DNA of 63,404 nucleotides, filler included, from Conidiobolus incongruus B7586 (taxonomy: Eukaryota): assembly GCA_000697335.1 (NCBI GenBank). It is 8 parts of 8 records of this genome, joined end to end, with 100 filler letters (N's around TTAATTAATTAA, not from the genome) between each part and the next. Parts side by side here need not be neighbours in the genome. Positions count along the whole stretch, not along the records: positions 33,764 to 44,415 come from JNEM01007414.1; positions 44,516 to 52,736 come from JNEM01007415.1; positions 52,837 to 60,895 come from JNEM01007420.1; 5 more parts are not named here. One strand, written 5' to 3'. Positions 40,101 through 53,858 of this stretch are shown here, piece by piece. Each line of letters opens with the position of its first letter. Positions within the stretch are counted from its first letter, which is position 1. The notes under the pieces were generated by a model. The model saw only the letters and a list, made by a program, of their open reading frames with translations. It searched no databases and was not told the origin of the DNA. The position numbers and the translations under genes were made by a program.

Positions 40101-42118
40101 TAGTTGTATACTAAGGAATAATTTAATTCTATATTTAAAATTATATTTAAAAGGTAATTTATCTGTAAATTCTAAAACATTAGCAAATTAACTTATTATA
40201 TTATATAAAAAGTAGTTATTAGATATAACTTTATTAAAGTTAATAGATAAAGTGTTAATAGATATATAATAAACAAATACATATTTTTATAAATTATTAA
40301 GGTTTTTAATTAGTTTTTTACATTAATTTTTGCTTATAATAATAAAATTATTTGCTATAATTATAGAGTTAGTGTTAGGTATAGTATTTAATAATTTTAT
40401 AATAGGGTAATATAGATTTTTAAGATTAATTCTACTAATTTCTTTTAGAATATAAAAAAATAAATTTGTAACTTTTTAATATAATATTTATAGATATAAA
40501 CCTATAATATTCAAATTAATTTTAACCTAGTATGAAATTATAACTAATATTGTTAATTAAGAATTTAATATATTAAGAGTAATTAAGAGATAATAATAAA
40601 TATCTAGTTATAATATTAAATCTTTATTCTATTAAGTTGTTAATATATTTAATTATTAAGTTATTTTTTTAAGTAATTAAAAATAACTTTATAATAATAA
40701 ATAAAGAGATAATATAATTAAATTAACTAGAATCAATTAAAACACTAATAAGTTTATTTATAAAAGAACTAATTAACATAAATAATAAGGTGATAATTAA
40801 AAATAAAAAATTACAAGATAAATTAGTTATTAAAATATTTTTAGTTTCTAATAGTTTAATTAGTTAGATTTCTCTAGTATATATAGTTTAATTTATAAAA
40901 TCATTAGTTTATTAGAACTTTTGTAGATTAGATAATAACTTGCTAACTAATTATAAAAGAGGTGATTTTAAGGTTATATTAATATTATTCAGATTTGATT
41001 TATGATTAGTAAGTTAGGGTTGTTAAGAATTAAACAAATATTGTTTCCTTAAAGGGTATTTATTAACTCTATAAATAACTTAAGTTATTTAACAATAGTA
41101 ACAACCTTTATTTATTTTCAAGTAGGTTTTAACCTCTTTACTAAAGGTTTTCTTATAAAGTTTTAAAATAGAAACATTTATCATTTAAAACTTAAATAAG
41201 CTAGAGTAAGTTTTAAAGAATTAATTATTAAAGTAAAAAGATTTAGTTATAGAGTAAAAGATATCATTAATTATAATTGTTATATCACATATATTAAAAA
41301 AACATATTATTAAAATGTTCTTTACTAATTAATTAGAGCTTTACTTAAAGATTAAAATATTATAATAATTTGTAGATTTATTCTTCTTTAGTAATATTTA
41401 ATATATTTAAATATATCTCATTAAATTTCTCTATTAATTATTTTATAGAAGTTTTTTATTTAAGCTAGGAAAACTTTTCTCTTGTTAATTAAACTTAATC
41501 TTTTAAGTAATACCTTTTTTTAAGGGTTTTTTCTAATTGTTTAAAAGTTTATATCTTTGTAGTAAGTTATCCTCTTAAAAATTCTTTAGGATTAAGCTTA
41601 TAATAAATTAACTATTAAATATAAGAAAATTTTTCGAAAAAAGAAATAGCTAATTTAAAGATATTCTTTATATTTTTATTAGGGATTAAAATAAGATAAT
41701 TTTTTATATTTTTAAGGTAGTTTTTAAGCTTATAGAAATTTTTAAAATTATTATAAATAGTTAATTTATCTTTAAAGATATTAAAGAGATAGTTTAATAT
41801 ATTAATTATAATAAAGTAGCTGGTTTGTTAAATTTAAACTCTTTGAAACATATTTTTTTTAATTAGAAGTTATTTAATATAGGTTTTTTAAAAGGCAATA
41901 GAGTTTTAAAAGTTAAAGTTTTAAATTTACTTAATAATTAAACTACTATCATTATTAAAATAATATAAAGGTATCTCTTTTTTTATTAATATTATAGTAT
42001 ATAGTGTTAAATTTAAATAAAATAGATTATAAATAAAATTTAAAATAGCAATAAATAAATTTAATATAAATAGTTATTAATTTCTAATAAGTTTTTAGTA
42101 GTTTTATTTATGATACCA

Positions 42119-42514
42119 TATAAATATAGTAGTAGTTAAACTAATATAGTATAGAAAAAGATTAATATAAAAGTAATGTGGTATAGAATATAATAATATA
42201 ATATAGTTTAGTGTTTAAGTTTAAATAAAGTTTAATTAAGCTTTAATTAAAGTAAGTTACTAATATATTAAGATTTATATTAGGTAGTGTTAATATACTA
42301 TAATATTAATAAAAAATAGGTTTAATTTTAAAAGTAATATATAAGTAAAAAATAATAAGAATTGAAAAGGAAAGGAAAAACCTAGTTTATTAAATAATTC
42401 AATGCTATTTATATAATTAATTTAATTATATAAGTATAAATTAATCATATAATTTATAATTAATTAAATTATATGAAAGTATATATAAAAATTTAAAAAA
42501 CTAATCTCTTAACA
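42119..42514 (-). repeat. 5' LTR of gypsy family B (~396 bp)
   Basis: Starts TGTTAAG on the minus strand. Homologous to 35233-35547 + 37122-37205 and to 52276-52673. Confidence 0.9.
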
Positions 42515-42612
42515 TTTTTGATAATCATAATCTAATTCAAATATAATTAAATTTAAGTATAAATCTTAATATTAAAATATTTTAATCAAAAAAATAATTA
42601 AAATTATATATA

Positions 42613-44187
42613 CATTAGCCTACAAAAGTAAGTTATAAAATAAAAATCACTAATATATTTACTTATAACTTAAATAATTTTTAACTAAATTAATTTAAAT
42701 TAAAATATATAACTAGAGTATATTACCTAATTATAATTAGTTATATTTCGTTATATTTAATATATTATTGGTTAATATATCAAATCTTAAATTTTAAATA
42801 GGGTGAGTTATAAATTTGTGGGTTTAAAAGTTACAAGGGTATATAAAATAAAAATTACTTAAATATTTTTTCTTTTATTAAATTATATATATATTTATAC
42901 TAATATTATTATTGTTAATTATTATTTTAAATAATATTAGTATTTAAATATTTAAACCCCTCTTTAAAAAAATTCACTTATATATTAATCAACTCTATAA
43001 TAAAGGTAAATTAACTTATGAGATTATTAGAATTACTAGTGTTAGCTAGTTTATTATAGTTAAAGCTGTTAAAAATTATAATAAGGATATATCTAAACTT
43101 AAACTTAAACATATTAAGATTATAAATAAATATAGTAAAAGATATATTTGTAGGTTAGTTAATATAAGTAAATATAATATTGTTATAGAAGTATAAAAAA
43201 ATTATAAGACTATATAAGAATATTAATTAATACTAATACTACTATACATACTTTACATTATAATAAATACTACTTACATTTTAAAAAAAACACCCTTAAC
43301 TAAAGAAGTTTTACTATAAAGTTAGGTAAGAGTTTAAATGTCATTACTAAAGTTAAACTGAAATTAATTAGAGTAAAGTTATTTAGTTTAATGAAACAAA
43401 ACTATATTTTAGTAGATTTAATAAAAAAGTTAAATATTTCAAAAAAAACAAAAAATTACTTTATAACCATTATATTATTTTAACCCAAAAATATAATAGT
43501 GGGTTAATTATAGTTTAGGGATATATGTTATCTTCTAGTGTAAAATATCTTTATAAAGTTAATAGGGGAATTAATATTAAGATATATTAAAATATTCTAA
43601 ACAATAAATTAAAAAAAATTATTTAATAATATAGGTTAAATAAATCACATATTATTTTCTTACAAGATAATACCTTTTGTTATATTATTATTTCTACTAC
43701 CAAATAATTTAAAAATAATAAAATAATAGTTATAAAGTAGCTTCTTCAATCTTTTAACTTTAATCTAATTAAATACCTTTGGGATTAGTTAAAAATAGTT
43801 AAAGCTTTCCTATTAACAAAAAATTTAAATAAGCTTTAAGAATATATTTAAGAAGCTTAAAATAAAATTAATCTTTTTTAATATAAGAAGTTAGTTAACT
43901 CTATACCCTGTAAATTTAAAGAAGTTAAGAAAGTAAAAGATAGATATATTAAGTTTTAATTTTCTTTTCATAACCAAAACACATAAATTCATAACTCACC
44001 TTAGGTAAAATTTAAACTTTAATATATCAACTAAAATTTAATATAATTGGATTAAATATACTTAATTATAAATAAATAATATAAGTTTATTATATGTTTT
44101 AATTTAAATTAATTTGATTAAAAATTAACAAAGTTATTGATAATAATATATAATTATAATTTTATGTCTCATTTTTATGGGCTAGTG
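42613..44187 (+). mobile_element. Tc1 family A sister-subfamily copy, full length, inserted in a (TA)n run
   Basis: TA|CATTAGCCTACAAAAG ... TTTTATGGGCTAGTG|TA, 1575 bp. The transposase region is colinear with family A (LQDNT remnant ~43659), while TIR bases and subterminal regions differ. Confidence 0.9.
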
Positions 44188-44415
44188 TATATATATATAT
44201 ATAGTCTGAAAATATTTACTTTCTTATATATTTTGTATATATATATATATAATCTTTCAAAATAAATAATATTTTTCAAAAATCAGAAATTAAAAAATTT
44301 GTTATTTCTTGATTTCCATACTAATAAAATTTTAATAGCTTTAATTTATTATAAAAATTAGATATTAAATTTATTTTCAAATTATAAAGAAACTTTTATT
44401 AATATAATTGAATAT

Positions 44416-44515
44416 NNNNNNNNNNNNNNNNNNNNNNNNNNNNNNNNNNNNNNNNNNNNTTAATTAATTAANNNNNNNNNNNNNNNNNNNNNNNNNNNNN
44501 NNNNNNNNNNNNNNN
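44416..44515. other. artificial contig-joining linker
   Basis: N44-TTAATTAATTAA-N44. Confidence 0.97.
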
Positions 44516-44982
44516 TTTTTTTTCAAAATTATATTTTTTTAAGTTAATTTAAGTTATTATTATTATATATAAATTTTTTCATTATCAAATATAATCTTTA
44601 TATTAGAAATAAATATAATCAATTAAATAATTAATTAAAATTAAGTTGAATAATTAATTTTAAATCATTTATAAATTAAAAATATTTTTAATTTTCTATT
44701 TGAATTTAAATTAATACTTTTGATTTTATATAAATTTATTAGTAAGCTTAGTAATAAATATTATCTGAACTTTCTTTTAATAAATCTTATTTAGTTATAT
44801 ATTAGGACCAGGAAATTTAAAGCTATTATATGATATAATATTTTATTATTAATCTATAATCTGAATCAAATATATCTGATATTAAAAATATAAATAATTT
44901 CAAAAACTTAATATAAATAACTAATGTTGATATATAAAAGATACAGTAATAAATTATTCTCTAACTTTTCTTGAAAAAGTAT

Positions 44983-45274
44983 TGTTGTGTTTATGAGTTA
45001 TATAGTTAAACATGTTCATGTTAATAGATGATGCATTGATAAATAGCATTAGATATTTTAATAGTATGTAGTTATAATATAAAAGCAATTTTTAAATTTT
45101 AAACAATAAAGGATATCTTTTTTGGTTTTTATATTTATATTTAACATTTAATCAAGCCTACATACAAAAGAATTAACAATATTATCTCTTTAATAGAATA
45201 ACTTCACACAATATTAACCTAAAAAATAATCTTAGCTATCCTAAAACCTATATAAATAAAAGAGTTTTACAACA
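44983..45274 (+). repeat. 5' LTR of gypsy family D
   Basis: Direct repeat of 49973-50264, followed by the mutated PBS-like TAGTGATTCTACC. Confidence 0.95.
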
Positions 45275-48200
45275 TAGTGATTCTACCAAAAATGGTAATC
45301 ATATTAGATTTAACTCAAGAATGTTTTTTAAAGTATAGGAATTTATTGGATAATAAAAGAATGTGAAACTATTTTTAACCTAGCTGAAAATGAAATTTGA
45401 GGTTGTGAAGATAAATGATTAAAATAAGCTAATTGTATTTTCTCAAAATTTATCATTTAAGATAATGTGTTAGTTTGTAACCATTGAAAAAACTTCATGG
45501 AAAGAGGTAGAGGAAAAATTTAAGTGAAGATACTTTAGTAAAGTATTAAAGCATGTGGTATAAGATAAATTAATTTATATAAGCTAAAAGAAGAATAAAA
45601 TACTTGAGGATTACCTAGAGTAATTTAAAGTACTATGTAGTAAATTAGAAGGTGAACATTAGAAAAACATGTTGTACACTAAGTTCATTAGATTATTAAA
45701 ACCTAAACTGAAGAATATAGCCTAAATCAAATATTTTGATGAAAAGAATTGGGAAAGACTTTGTATAAAGGTGGTAGAGCTGAATAAAGCATATAGTTTC
45801 AACAATATTCTAAAAAAAAGTATAGCTTATTTTATAAAAGAGGATAAAGTAACAACCTATCAAGTATAGAATTTATATATGGAAAACAAGTTAAAGTTGT
45901 TAAATAGAGAAGAGATCAAAAAGATGTTATATATCCAATAACAAACAGTTATTAGACAACATAAGTTATGTTACAATTGTTTTAGAAATAACTATCAAGC
46001 AAAACAATGTTTTAAACAAACAAGAAAAGGTGAGGATTAATAAGTAAAAAAACTGCTACTGATTTAAATGAAAGTCCCAACACTTTTATAGTAAGTAAAT
46101 AGAAGGAAAAAACTGAAGGTAAAGAACTAAAGAGGTTCACAAAAGCTATAGGTTGCAGCCACCCAAAAAAAAACTAATCCACCAGAAGGTATAAATGAAC
46201 TAGTTTTAAAACAGGTACAGTTGTAGGAAAAGGTATATCTATTAGAAAACCAATAGCAGTTATAAATTAAAGATGGATAGTTACTGGAGAAGGTAAACAA
46301 AAAAACAAATCTGTTACCTATAAAGAAGGTAAGAAAGGATAAGGATTAGGAAGAAGTAAAAGATAACCTTAGATCAGAACAAATTGATGAACAATAGTAC
46401 CCTTCACCAAAACAAGTAATTTAACAAAACTTACTATATCAGGGAGTATCCTTAGTATTTAAAACTCTTGACCCTTAGCCAAAACAAGAATTGCAGGTAG
46501 TGGTACCAATGGGAGAGGCTAACCAAATTCTTTAGATCAGACATCTAATGGAAGAGTATACAAATAAAACAGTTCTATTATTATATTAGGCTGAAGGTTA
46601 AACTTAAACAAGAGAATCCACTTTATATTTCCCAACCTAAATTAATAGAATCAAAGTGACTATAGTATTAGATTTAAGATATGCTAGAGTAGCATTAAGT
46701 GAGGAATGTTTTAAGAAATTAAAACTGAAAGAAGATTTTATAATACTAATAAAAATTAACAATCTTGAAGGAGGAGGAACTATTCACAAGAAAGTTTTTA
46801 TAAAATTAAAGATTAAAGTAACAAGTAGAGAAGTGGTTTTACCTGTGGTGGTTCTAGGAGGTAAAGGGTATAACATTCTATTAGGAAGAAATTAGAGTTA
46901 AAAGGCTAGTTTCATCTATAATAAGAAAGAGAATTTCATGGAAATTTACAGCAAGTGATTCCTACTTAAGCAATCTATATTAATATCTAAAGGTGTTAAT
47001 TAGGTGCACACAGAGATAAATAAAAGTAACATGATAGAAGTATCTTATGTAAATGAAAATGGTAGTTGTAACTTGATGAATTTAAAGATTCCAAAAGGGG
47101 TTATTGTAGAGGGAAAAAAAGTAATCAAGATACCAAAAGTGATTGAGAAAGATTATTTTATAGTGGGATAGGCTCTAGGCTTAAATTTGAATATATATAG
47201 CAAGGATAACAAAATGTTAATGATTGAAATAAAGAGTGTGGGAGGTTTAAAATTAATTAACAGAATAAACAAAATAGTTAGTATTATACTGACAGTAGAT
47301 TCAAAAGAAGAAAATTGGTAGATAGGAGAAGTTAGAGAATAAGGTTAAAGCTAACAAAAAGAAGAAGTAGATCTAAAAAAGTAAAAGATAAAAGTTGAAA
47401 TAAATACACAAAGGGACTTGGTGATAACTATGCTAATCAAATTAACAGAGGTTTTCTCAGCATTTAAATATAATATAGGAAGGGTAAATACTAAGTATAA
47501 GATCTATATAAATGATGAGTTAACTCTAATGCAACCATAGTATAAAAAGTCCTTAAAAAAAAAGAGGCAGAAATTATAGAAGTAAATGAGTTACTAAGGG
47601 TAAACTTGATTGAACCTTCAGTTTCCAATTCTACAACACCAATAATCTTGTTGAAAAAGGGAGATGGATTAATGAAGGTGGTTATTGATTACTAAGGTAC
47701 TAATAAAACTATTAGATCAGATAACTATCTAATCCCATAAATTAATGATTATCTAGATAATATAGGAGGATCTAAATAGTTCACAACTTTAGATTTAACA
47801 AAAAAATACTACTAATTACCCTTAAAAGAAAGTTTAAAATTAATTATAGCTTTTAGTTCTGCTAAAAGTCTATTTTAGTGGTGGGTTTTACCAATAGGAA
47901 TGTTAACATCAGGAACAGTTTTTTAAAGGTTATTAAATTAGATTATGGGAGATTTACAGCTAAAGTGTATAAGGGTATATATCAATGATATTACTATATA
48001 TTCTCTAATATTTAAGGAACACCTAACAGATGTAAAAAAGCTGTTAACAAGATTAAAAAGGGGAGGTTTAAAACTTAATACTATTAAATATAAGTTTTTC
48101 TTTAAAGAGGTTAAAATTTTAGGTTATATCATTAATAAAAATAAGGTGAAAATAGATCCCAAAAAAGTAGATGCAATTTTAAATATAAGTAAACCACAAA

Positions 48201-49972
48201 ATATTAAAGAAGTTAAGAGTTTAATGGGTGTTGTAGGTTTTGTACAAAGGTTTATTCTTAATTATAGTTCCTTATGCTAACTATTCTATCATTTAACAAA
48301 GAAGAAAATACCTTTTGTCTAAGGGGTAAAATAGCAAGAAACCTTCAATAAGTTAAAAAAGCTATTGTTAAAACAAATTATATTGCAACACTTAAATTTC
48401 AATGAAAAATTCATTATTGAAACAAATACAAGTGTAAAAAGTATAGGTGTTATGCTAATATAGAAGAACAAAAAGGGAAAAGGTTATTTTATTGTTTATA
48501 GGTTTAAATCATTAACAAAAGCTAAAGAAAATTACAGTGTTACTAACTTAAAAGGTTTCACTATAGTATAAAGTATAAAACATTTTTCATTGTTATATAT
48601 ATAAGATAAAATTTACCATTATTACTAATTATTATGCTTTATTAACCTTAAAAGATAAAGAATAGTTAGAGGGGAGATTAAGCAAATAGGTATATAAATT
48701 ATCATTTTATAACTTTGACATTATATACAAAAAAGGTGAAAATAATTGTATTGCTGATATACTCTCATAGTTAATTAAATTGACAAAAACTCATGAGATA
48801 GCCTATAATCAAGATATAATAAATTTAAAACATAAAAAGAATTTAAAGAACTACCCAAAAGTAAAGATGAAACTGTTAAAACATTACCATTATATTTTTA
48901 AAGGACATTATAAAGTTCACAAATTATATCTAGTGATGCAAACAAACTTTAGTTGGCTAAATATATAAAATGATTGTGTAAAAGTGGTGAGGAATTGTGA
49001 ATAGTGTTAGAAATTTAATAACAAATTAGTTTAAAAACCTTTCAAGTTTATAATAACACACTAACCTATATAAAAGGTAAGAATAGATTTTAGAGATTTT
49101 AGTGAGGTATATAGTATAAAAAGTAAATTCATCATAGGTGTTGATTATTTTACAAGGTGGGTAGAGGTAATACTAATTAACAAATTAAATAAAGCAATAG
49201 TTAAAGAGTTTTTAGATAAATAAATTACTAGTTATAATATCCCAGAAAAACTAATAACAGATAATACCCCTGCTTTTGTTTCTATAGGTATTAAACAATA
49301 GTATAAGGTTTAGAAAGTGAATAAACTGAAAGTTACTATTTACCATCTAGAAACAAACAGGGAGGTAAAAAAGAACATTGGTATATTTAAGAAAATTTTA
49401 AAGAAAATGGTAGCTGCAAAAAAAAATGAGATAAAATAACTAAGTTGCTATAGTATTACTGGTAATATAAATCACACCTTACTCTTGTATAGGTTTTTTA
49501 CCCTTTTGATTATTATATAGGTGGGAAGTAAATACAATCACTAATATTATTGAGGATAGAAAAACCTTATATTTGTATCATGAATCTTATAAGGATTATG
49601 TAGTTGAATTAGGTATTACACTAAAAGAAATATATGATTAAATCTATAAAAATAATATTTATTCTAAGGTAAAGATGATTCAAGTAAGGTGGAAGAAAAA
49701 AAGGTTAGATAATTAGTTTTTCTGTATTAGGGCATTAGTGTTGTATGATTAATAAAGACTTTTGAAAAAAAAGGAAGTGGGTATTTAAATAAAACCATTC
49801 AAAGTAATTAAGGTAACAAAAAAACCTACTTACAAAATTAGTTATGTAGGTAACCTATTAATTATAACAAAAGTTTATCCTCAATTCTTAAAGTTTTTCT
49901 ATAGCTAATTAAATAGATAACAGAGAAGTTTAGATACTAGGAATAATAAGTGCTAGTACCAAATTAAAAGGA

Positions 49973-50264
49973 TGTTGTGTTTATAAGTTATACAATCAAA
50001 CATATTTATGTTAATAGATGATGTATTGATAAAAAACATCTGATATTTTAGTAGTTTGTAGTTGTAATATAAAAGTAATTTTTATATTTTGAACAATAAA
50101 GGATATCTTTTTTGGTTTTTTTATTTATATTTAACATTTAATCAAGCCTACATATAAAAGAATTAACAATATTATCTCTTCAATAGAATAATTTCACACA
50201 ACATTAACCTAAAAAATAATCTTAGCTATCCCAAAACCTATGTAAATGAAGGAGTTTTACAACA
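49973..50264 (+). repeat. 3' LTR of gypsy family D
   Basis: Direct repeat of 44983-45274, preceded by the purine run AAAAGGA and followed by TSD AGTAT. Confidence 0.95.
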
Positions 50265-50967
50265 AGTATTATCACAAACAAATTAGTTAAAAAAGGGATA
50301 TATGAAGTTCTAGGTTAATATTATAGAAATAAATAGTTTATTATTTTAAATCAAATATCTATAAGTACCCAGATCAAATTCTTTTTTTTCAGGATATCTT
50401 TAATTTGGGATTTATATAGAGTGAGTTAGGTATTATGATTTATAAGATTCTCAGTGACTTATATTATCAATCAATTAAAAGATAAATCAAGTGCAAATGA
50501 TATATAAAAGGGAGATGACTTTGACATTAGGTTGATATAAAAATATTTAGGTAGAAGGGAGTCACCTAGCTTACAGCAATATTAAAGATAACTAGTCCAA
50601 AAAACAAAGATATTAATACTATATGAATGTGAGTTTATATTAATGATAGGAATTATTGATTAATAGAACTTTTATAAAAAATAAACTTGATATTTGCAAT
50701 TCAATTACTATTTATAAAGCTAATTAATAATATCATTTATTAGTTAAAAGTATTTATATCAATATCAAATAATAATTAACTTTATCTAATTCAAAATTAC
50801 TATTTTGATTATATTAACTATAATCTTTATTGCTTATAATTCATATTTATTATCTAAATATTTATATAACCCAAGAGAAAATATTTACCGATTATATCAT
50901 AATAATATATAATTTATAAAATATAAACAAAATAATAATATTAAAAATAATATATAAGAATTTATTA

Positions 50968-52257
50968 TTATCTTAGGTTTAAAATAATAGGAAATTTCTT
51001 AATTTTTGATATATAAAAAATATAATCAATTTTAAATTATAAAATCTATAAAATGTAATAAGGAAATATAAAGATTCATATTATATACTTATATCTATAT
51101 TATAGCAATTTTAATTGAAAAATTGATTTTTTGAGTTATTTTACTTAATATTGCTTAAACTCAATAATAGATATTAAAAGTATTTTATTAAAATAATAAA
51201 AAAACATAATTATAAATATTTTATAACAATTTAAAATTTACAATTAACCTTTGATAATATTAAGATATTTAAATAAGTGACTAATTACTAGATAAATTAT
51301 TTTAAAATTCAAAGAGAAACTATTTAAAGCTAAATAAATTTAGAGAATAAACTCTAATTTTGACTTTTTTAATAAACAATATAATTAAAATATATATTAA
51401 AAAAATACTTTCTTATTATAATTAAAGAGTTATTAGAAAATTTTCATATTAATTATATTAATATTCTATATATATTATAGTTTTAGATTAAATTATTAAA
51501 AGTATGAAATAAGCTTCCTATTATTTAACTAATGCTAAAAGTATTAAAATGGATAATATTTAACAAAATCTTTTAAAATATAACTGAAATTATATGCTTT
51601 TGTTGGGAATTATAAAAATTAATAATAATAAGTTCTTTTATATATAATCCTTAATAAAAAATGAAATCAAAATAATAAATAATTTTAAATCAATCCTTTC
51701 CATAAATTCCTTTAAACAAATATTTTATTGATAAGAAAATATAAATAATAAAGATAGATTATAATAAGTGACGTTATTCTTATTTTGGTTTTCGAATTAA
51801 TCAATATTAAATTTTATATATTCCGTGTTTAATATAATGATTTATAGTTGATATTTTCAAAATAATGTAAAAGACTTATTATTTCAAAAAATAATTATCA
51901 AATATATAATATTAAGTTTTTAAAAAATTATCTAATTAGATGTAATTGGAAACAATTATAATTTCTAATATACTCCCCAAATTATGACCTATAAATTTAT
52001 AACTATTTTAAATAATTAAGAGATTAGTTAAAAAAAATTTTTATATAAAAATTTAATTAATTAGTTAAATATCAAATTTCAATCATTAACTAAAAAATTA
52101 TTTTTTAAATATCAGAATCTTGCAAAAAATATGTTCAAAAGCTAATAATAGTTAAAAACAATATTAATTTTATAATATAAATTTAATTATATTAATTATA
52201 TATCAAAATATTTATTTTTCTATAATTATAAGAAATTTAATTATATTCATTATAAAA
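50968..52257 (+). mobile_element. mariner family C relative, very degenerate full-length copy
   Basis: Starts TA|TTATCTTAGGTTTAAAATAATAGGAAA. Blocks AGAGAAACTAT, TATAATCCTT, AAATTCCTTTAAA and TATACTCCCCAAATTATGACCTAT (YSPNYDL, from YSPDYNP) are in order. Right end approximate. Confidence 0.75.
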
Positions 52258-52275
52258 TATTAATCAATTTCATTA

Positions 52276-52736
52276 TGTTAAGAGACTAGTTCTCTAAATT
52301 CTTATATACACTTTTATATAATCCAATTAACTATAAATTATATGATTAATTTATACTTATGTAGTTAAATTAATTGTATAAATAGTATTAAATTATCTAA
52401 TAAACTAGGTTCCTCTTTTTCTCTCAATTCTTACTATTTTTTACTTTTACACTATTTCTAAGATTGAGACTATATTCTGTCAATATTGTAGGATATTGGC
52501 ACTACCTAATATAAATCTTAATATATTAGTGACTCATCCTAGTTTAAAGCTTAATTAAACTTTGTTTACACTTGCACACTACAGCCAAATTATATTACTA
52601 TGTTCTGCACCACACTACTTTTATATTAAGTCTTCCTCTACACTATATTAGTTTAACTACCACTACACTTACATGGTAGCAGCAACAAAACTATTAAAAA
52701 CCTACTAGATATTAATAACTATCTATATCAAACATA
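52276..52736 (+). mobile_element. 5' LTR (52276-52673), PBS and leader start of another gypsy family B copy, cut by the contig end
   Basis: TGTTAAG...CACTTACA (398 bp), directly followed by TGGTAGCAG, which fits the 3' end of an initiator-Met-type tRNA. A less mutated reverse complement of 42060-42514. Confidence 0.9.
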
Positions 52737-52836
52737 NNNNNNNNNNNNNNNNNNNNNNNNNNNNNNNNNNNNNNNNNNNNTTAATTAATTAANNNNNNNN
52801 NNNNNNNNNNNNNNNNNNNNNNNNNNNNNNNNNNNN
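52737..52836. other. artificial contig-joining linker
   Basis: N44-TTAATTAATTAA-N44. Confidence 0.97.
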
Positions 52837-52966
52837 TTATCTATTATTAAATAATATACCTTAATTATATATTATAGTTTCAAGTAATCTAATATATACA
52901 ATTGTTTTAGTTATTAATTAAAATATATATATTTTTGATTTTATGACTCACTTTTGTGGGTCAGTG
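52837..52966 (-). mobile_element. terminal fragment of Tc1 family A at a contig start
   Basis: Matches about 2260-2389 and ends TTTTATGACTCACTTTTGTGGGTCAGTG|TA. Confidence 0.9.
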
Positions 52967-53858
52967 TATAGATATATTAATCAATATATATTTCAAAATT
53001 TTATAAAATTCATAATGAATTTTTTTTGCTAAATTTAAGTATTTATTAAAATTAATCAAATTATAAGCAATCTTATCTTTCCATAAATTTATAAATTTGT
53101 AAGAAAATTAATGTTTCTAAATCTTTAATTTCTGAAATATTATAAGATTCTATAATATTGTCAGACAATATTGAAACTATTATTGGAAATGGTTCTATTG
53201 ATTGTTGTTAAATAATAGGTAATAAATCATGTTAATTTCTTTTTCAAAATAATTAAATTTTAAAAAGCTATCCCATTTAATTTTAGATCTACAGATTTAA
53301 GATTATTAATTTAATAAATCAAGGTATTAATATATAAGCTAAAATAAGATAGATATAATATTGAACACTATCTTTTAAAATTAAAATCATATTATTCCTA
53401 AAAATAAATTATGAGCAAAATTCAATCAATAATAATTTCATAATAATTTATTGATCAAGCATCATTTCAGTTTATATTTAAATATAGTTTACAATGTATA
53501 TATATTACTTTTATTTTTATTATTTTGAGCAAAGTTCTGAGTTTATTAAAAATATTAAAAAAATGATATATTGTATTAATCCATAAATAAAATTTAGGAT
53601 TATTTCAAAAATTTATATTCTTAATCCTGATAATTTAATAATAAAAATATAAATCAAATTTTAAATATTTTCAATTAATTAATTTTATCAGTCTTAATAT
53701 TTCAAAATATATATTAGGTTTTAATATTATTATAATATATTTTTTAATAGTTTGTAGATATTTGATATATTAACAACCCTATTTATTTCTCTCATAGTTC
53801 AAATATTATCCTAGAAATTAATAAATTTTATAATTTTAATATATATTAAAATATAATA

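Larger units (their letters stand above)
35233..42514 (-). mobile_element. Ty3/gypsy chromovirus-type LTR retrotransposon (family B), full length, very heavily mutated
   Basis: LTRs at 42119-42514 (5') and 35233-37205 (3', interrupted by a Tc1), flanked by TTTTT on both sides. PBS TGGTATCA next to the 5' LTR; purine tract remnant at 37206-37212. RT remnant IYFNNILIY (from YxDD, ~39625-39652); integrase remnant IVIDLFSKYVYFISC (~38203-38247); chromodomain remnant ~37270-37398. Confidence 0.9.
34130..44324 (-). mobile_element. mariner family C subfamily copy split into three pieces (34130-35232, 42515-42612, 44188-44324) by later insertions
   Basis: Matching TIRs TA|TTAGTATAGAAATTAA and TTGATTTCCATACTAA|TA. 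LHDN remnant near 34503. About 1.3 kb remains after subtracting the nested elements. Confidence 0.8.
44983..50264 (+). mobile_element. Ty3/gypsy LTR retrotransposon (family D), full length, inactivated
   Basis: 292-bp LTRs TGTTGT...ACAACA at 44983-45274 and 49973-50264; 5-bp target duplication AGTAT on both sides. Domain order: gag zinc knuckle CYNCFRNNYQAKQC (~45969), protease VLDLR (from DSG) and ILLGRN, RT VYINDITIYS (from YIDD), RNase H ETNTS (from ETDAS), integrase GVDYFTRWVE, ITDN and YHLETN. Confidence 0.95.

Noticed and set aside
45300..49900. Alternative genetic code with TAA/TAG read as sense, suggested by many in-frame stops
   Set aside because: Host genes are open in the standard code and end in TAA. 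The stops replace both Gln and Trp codons and differ between TE copies, as expected from C>T/G>A mutation.
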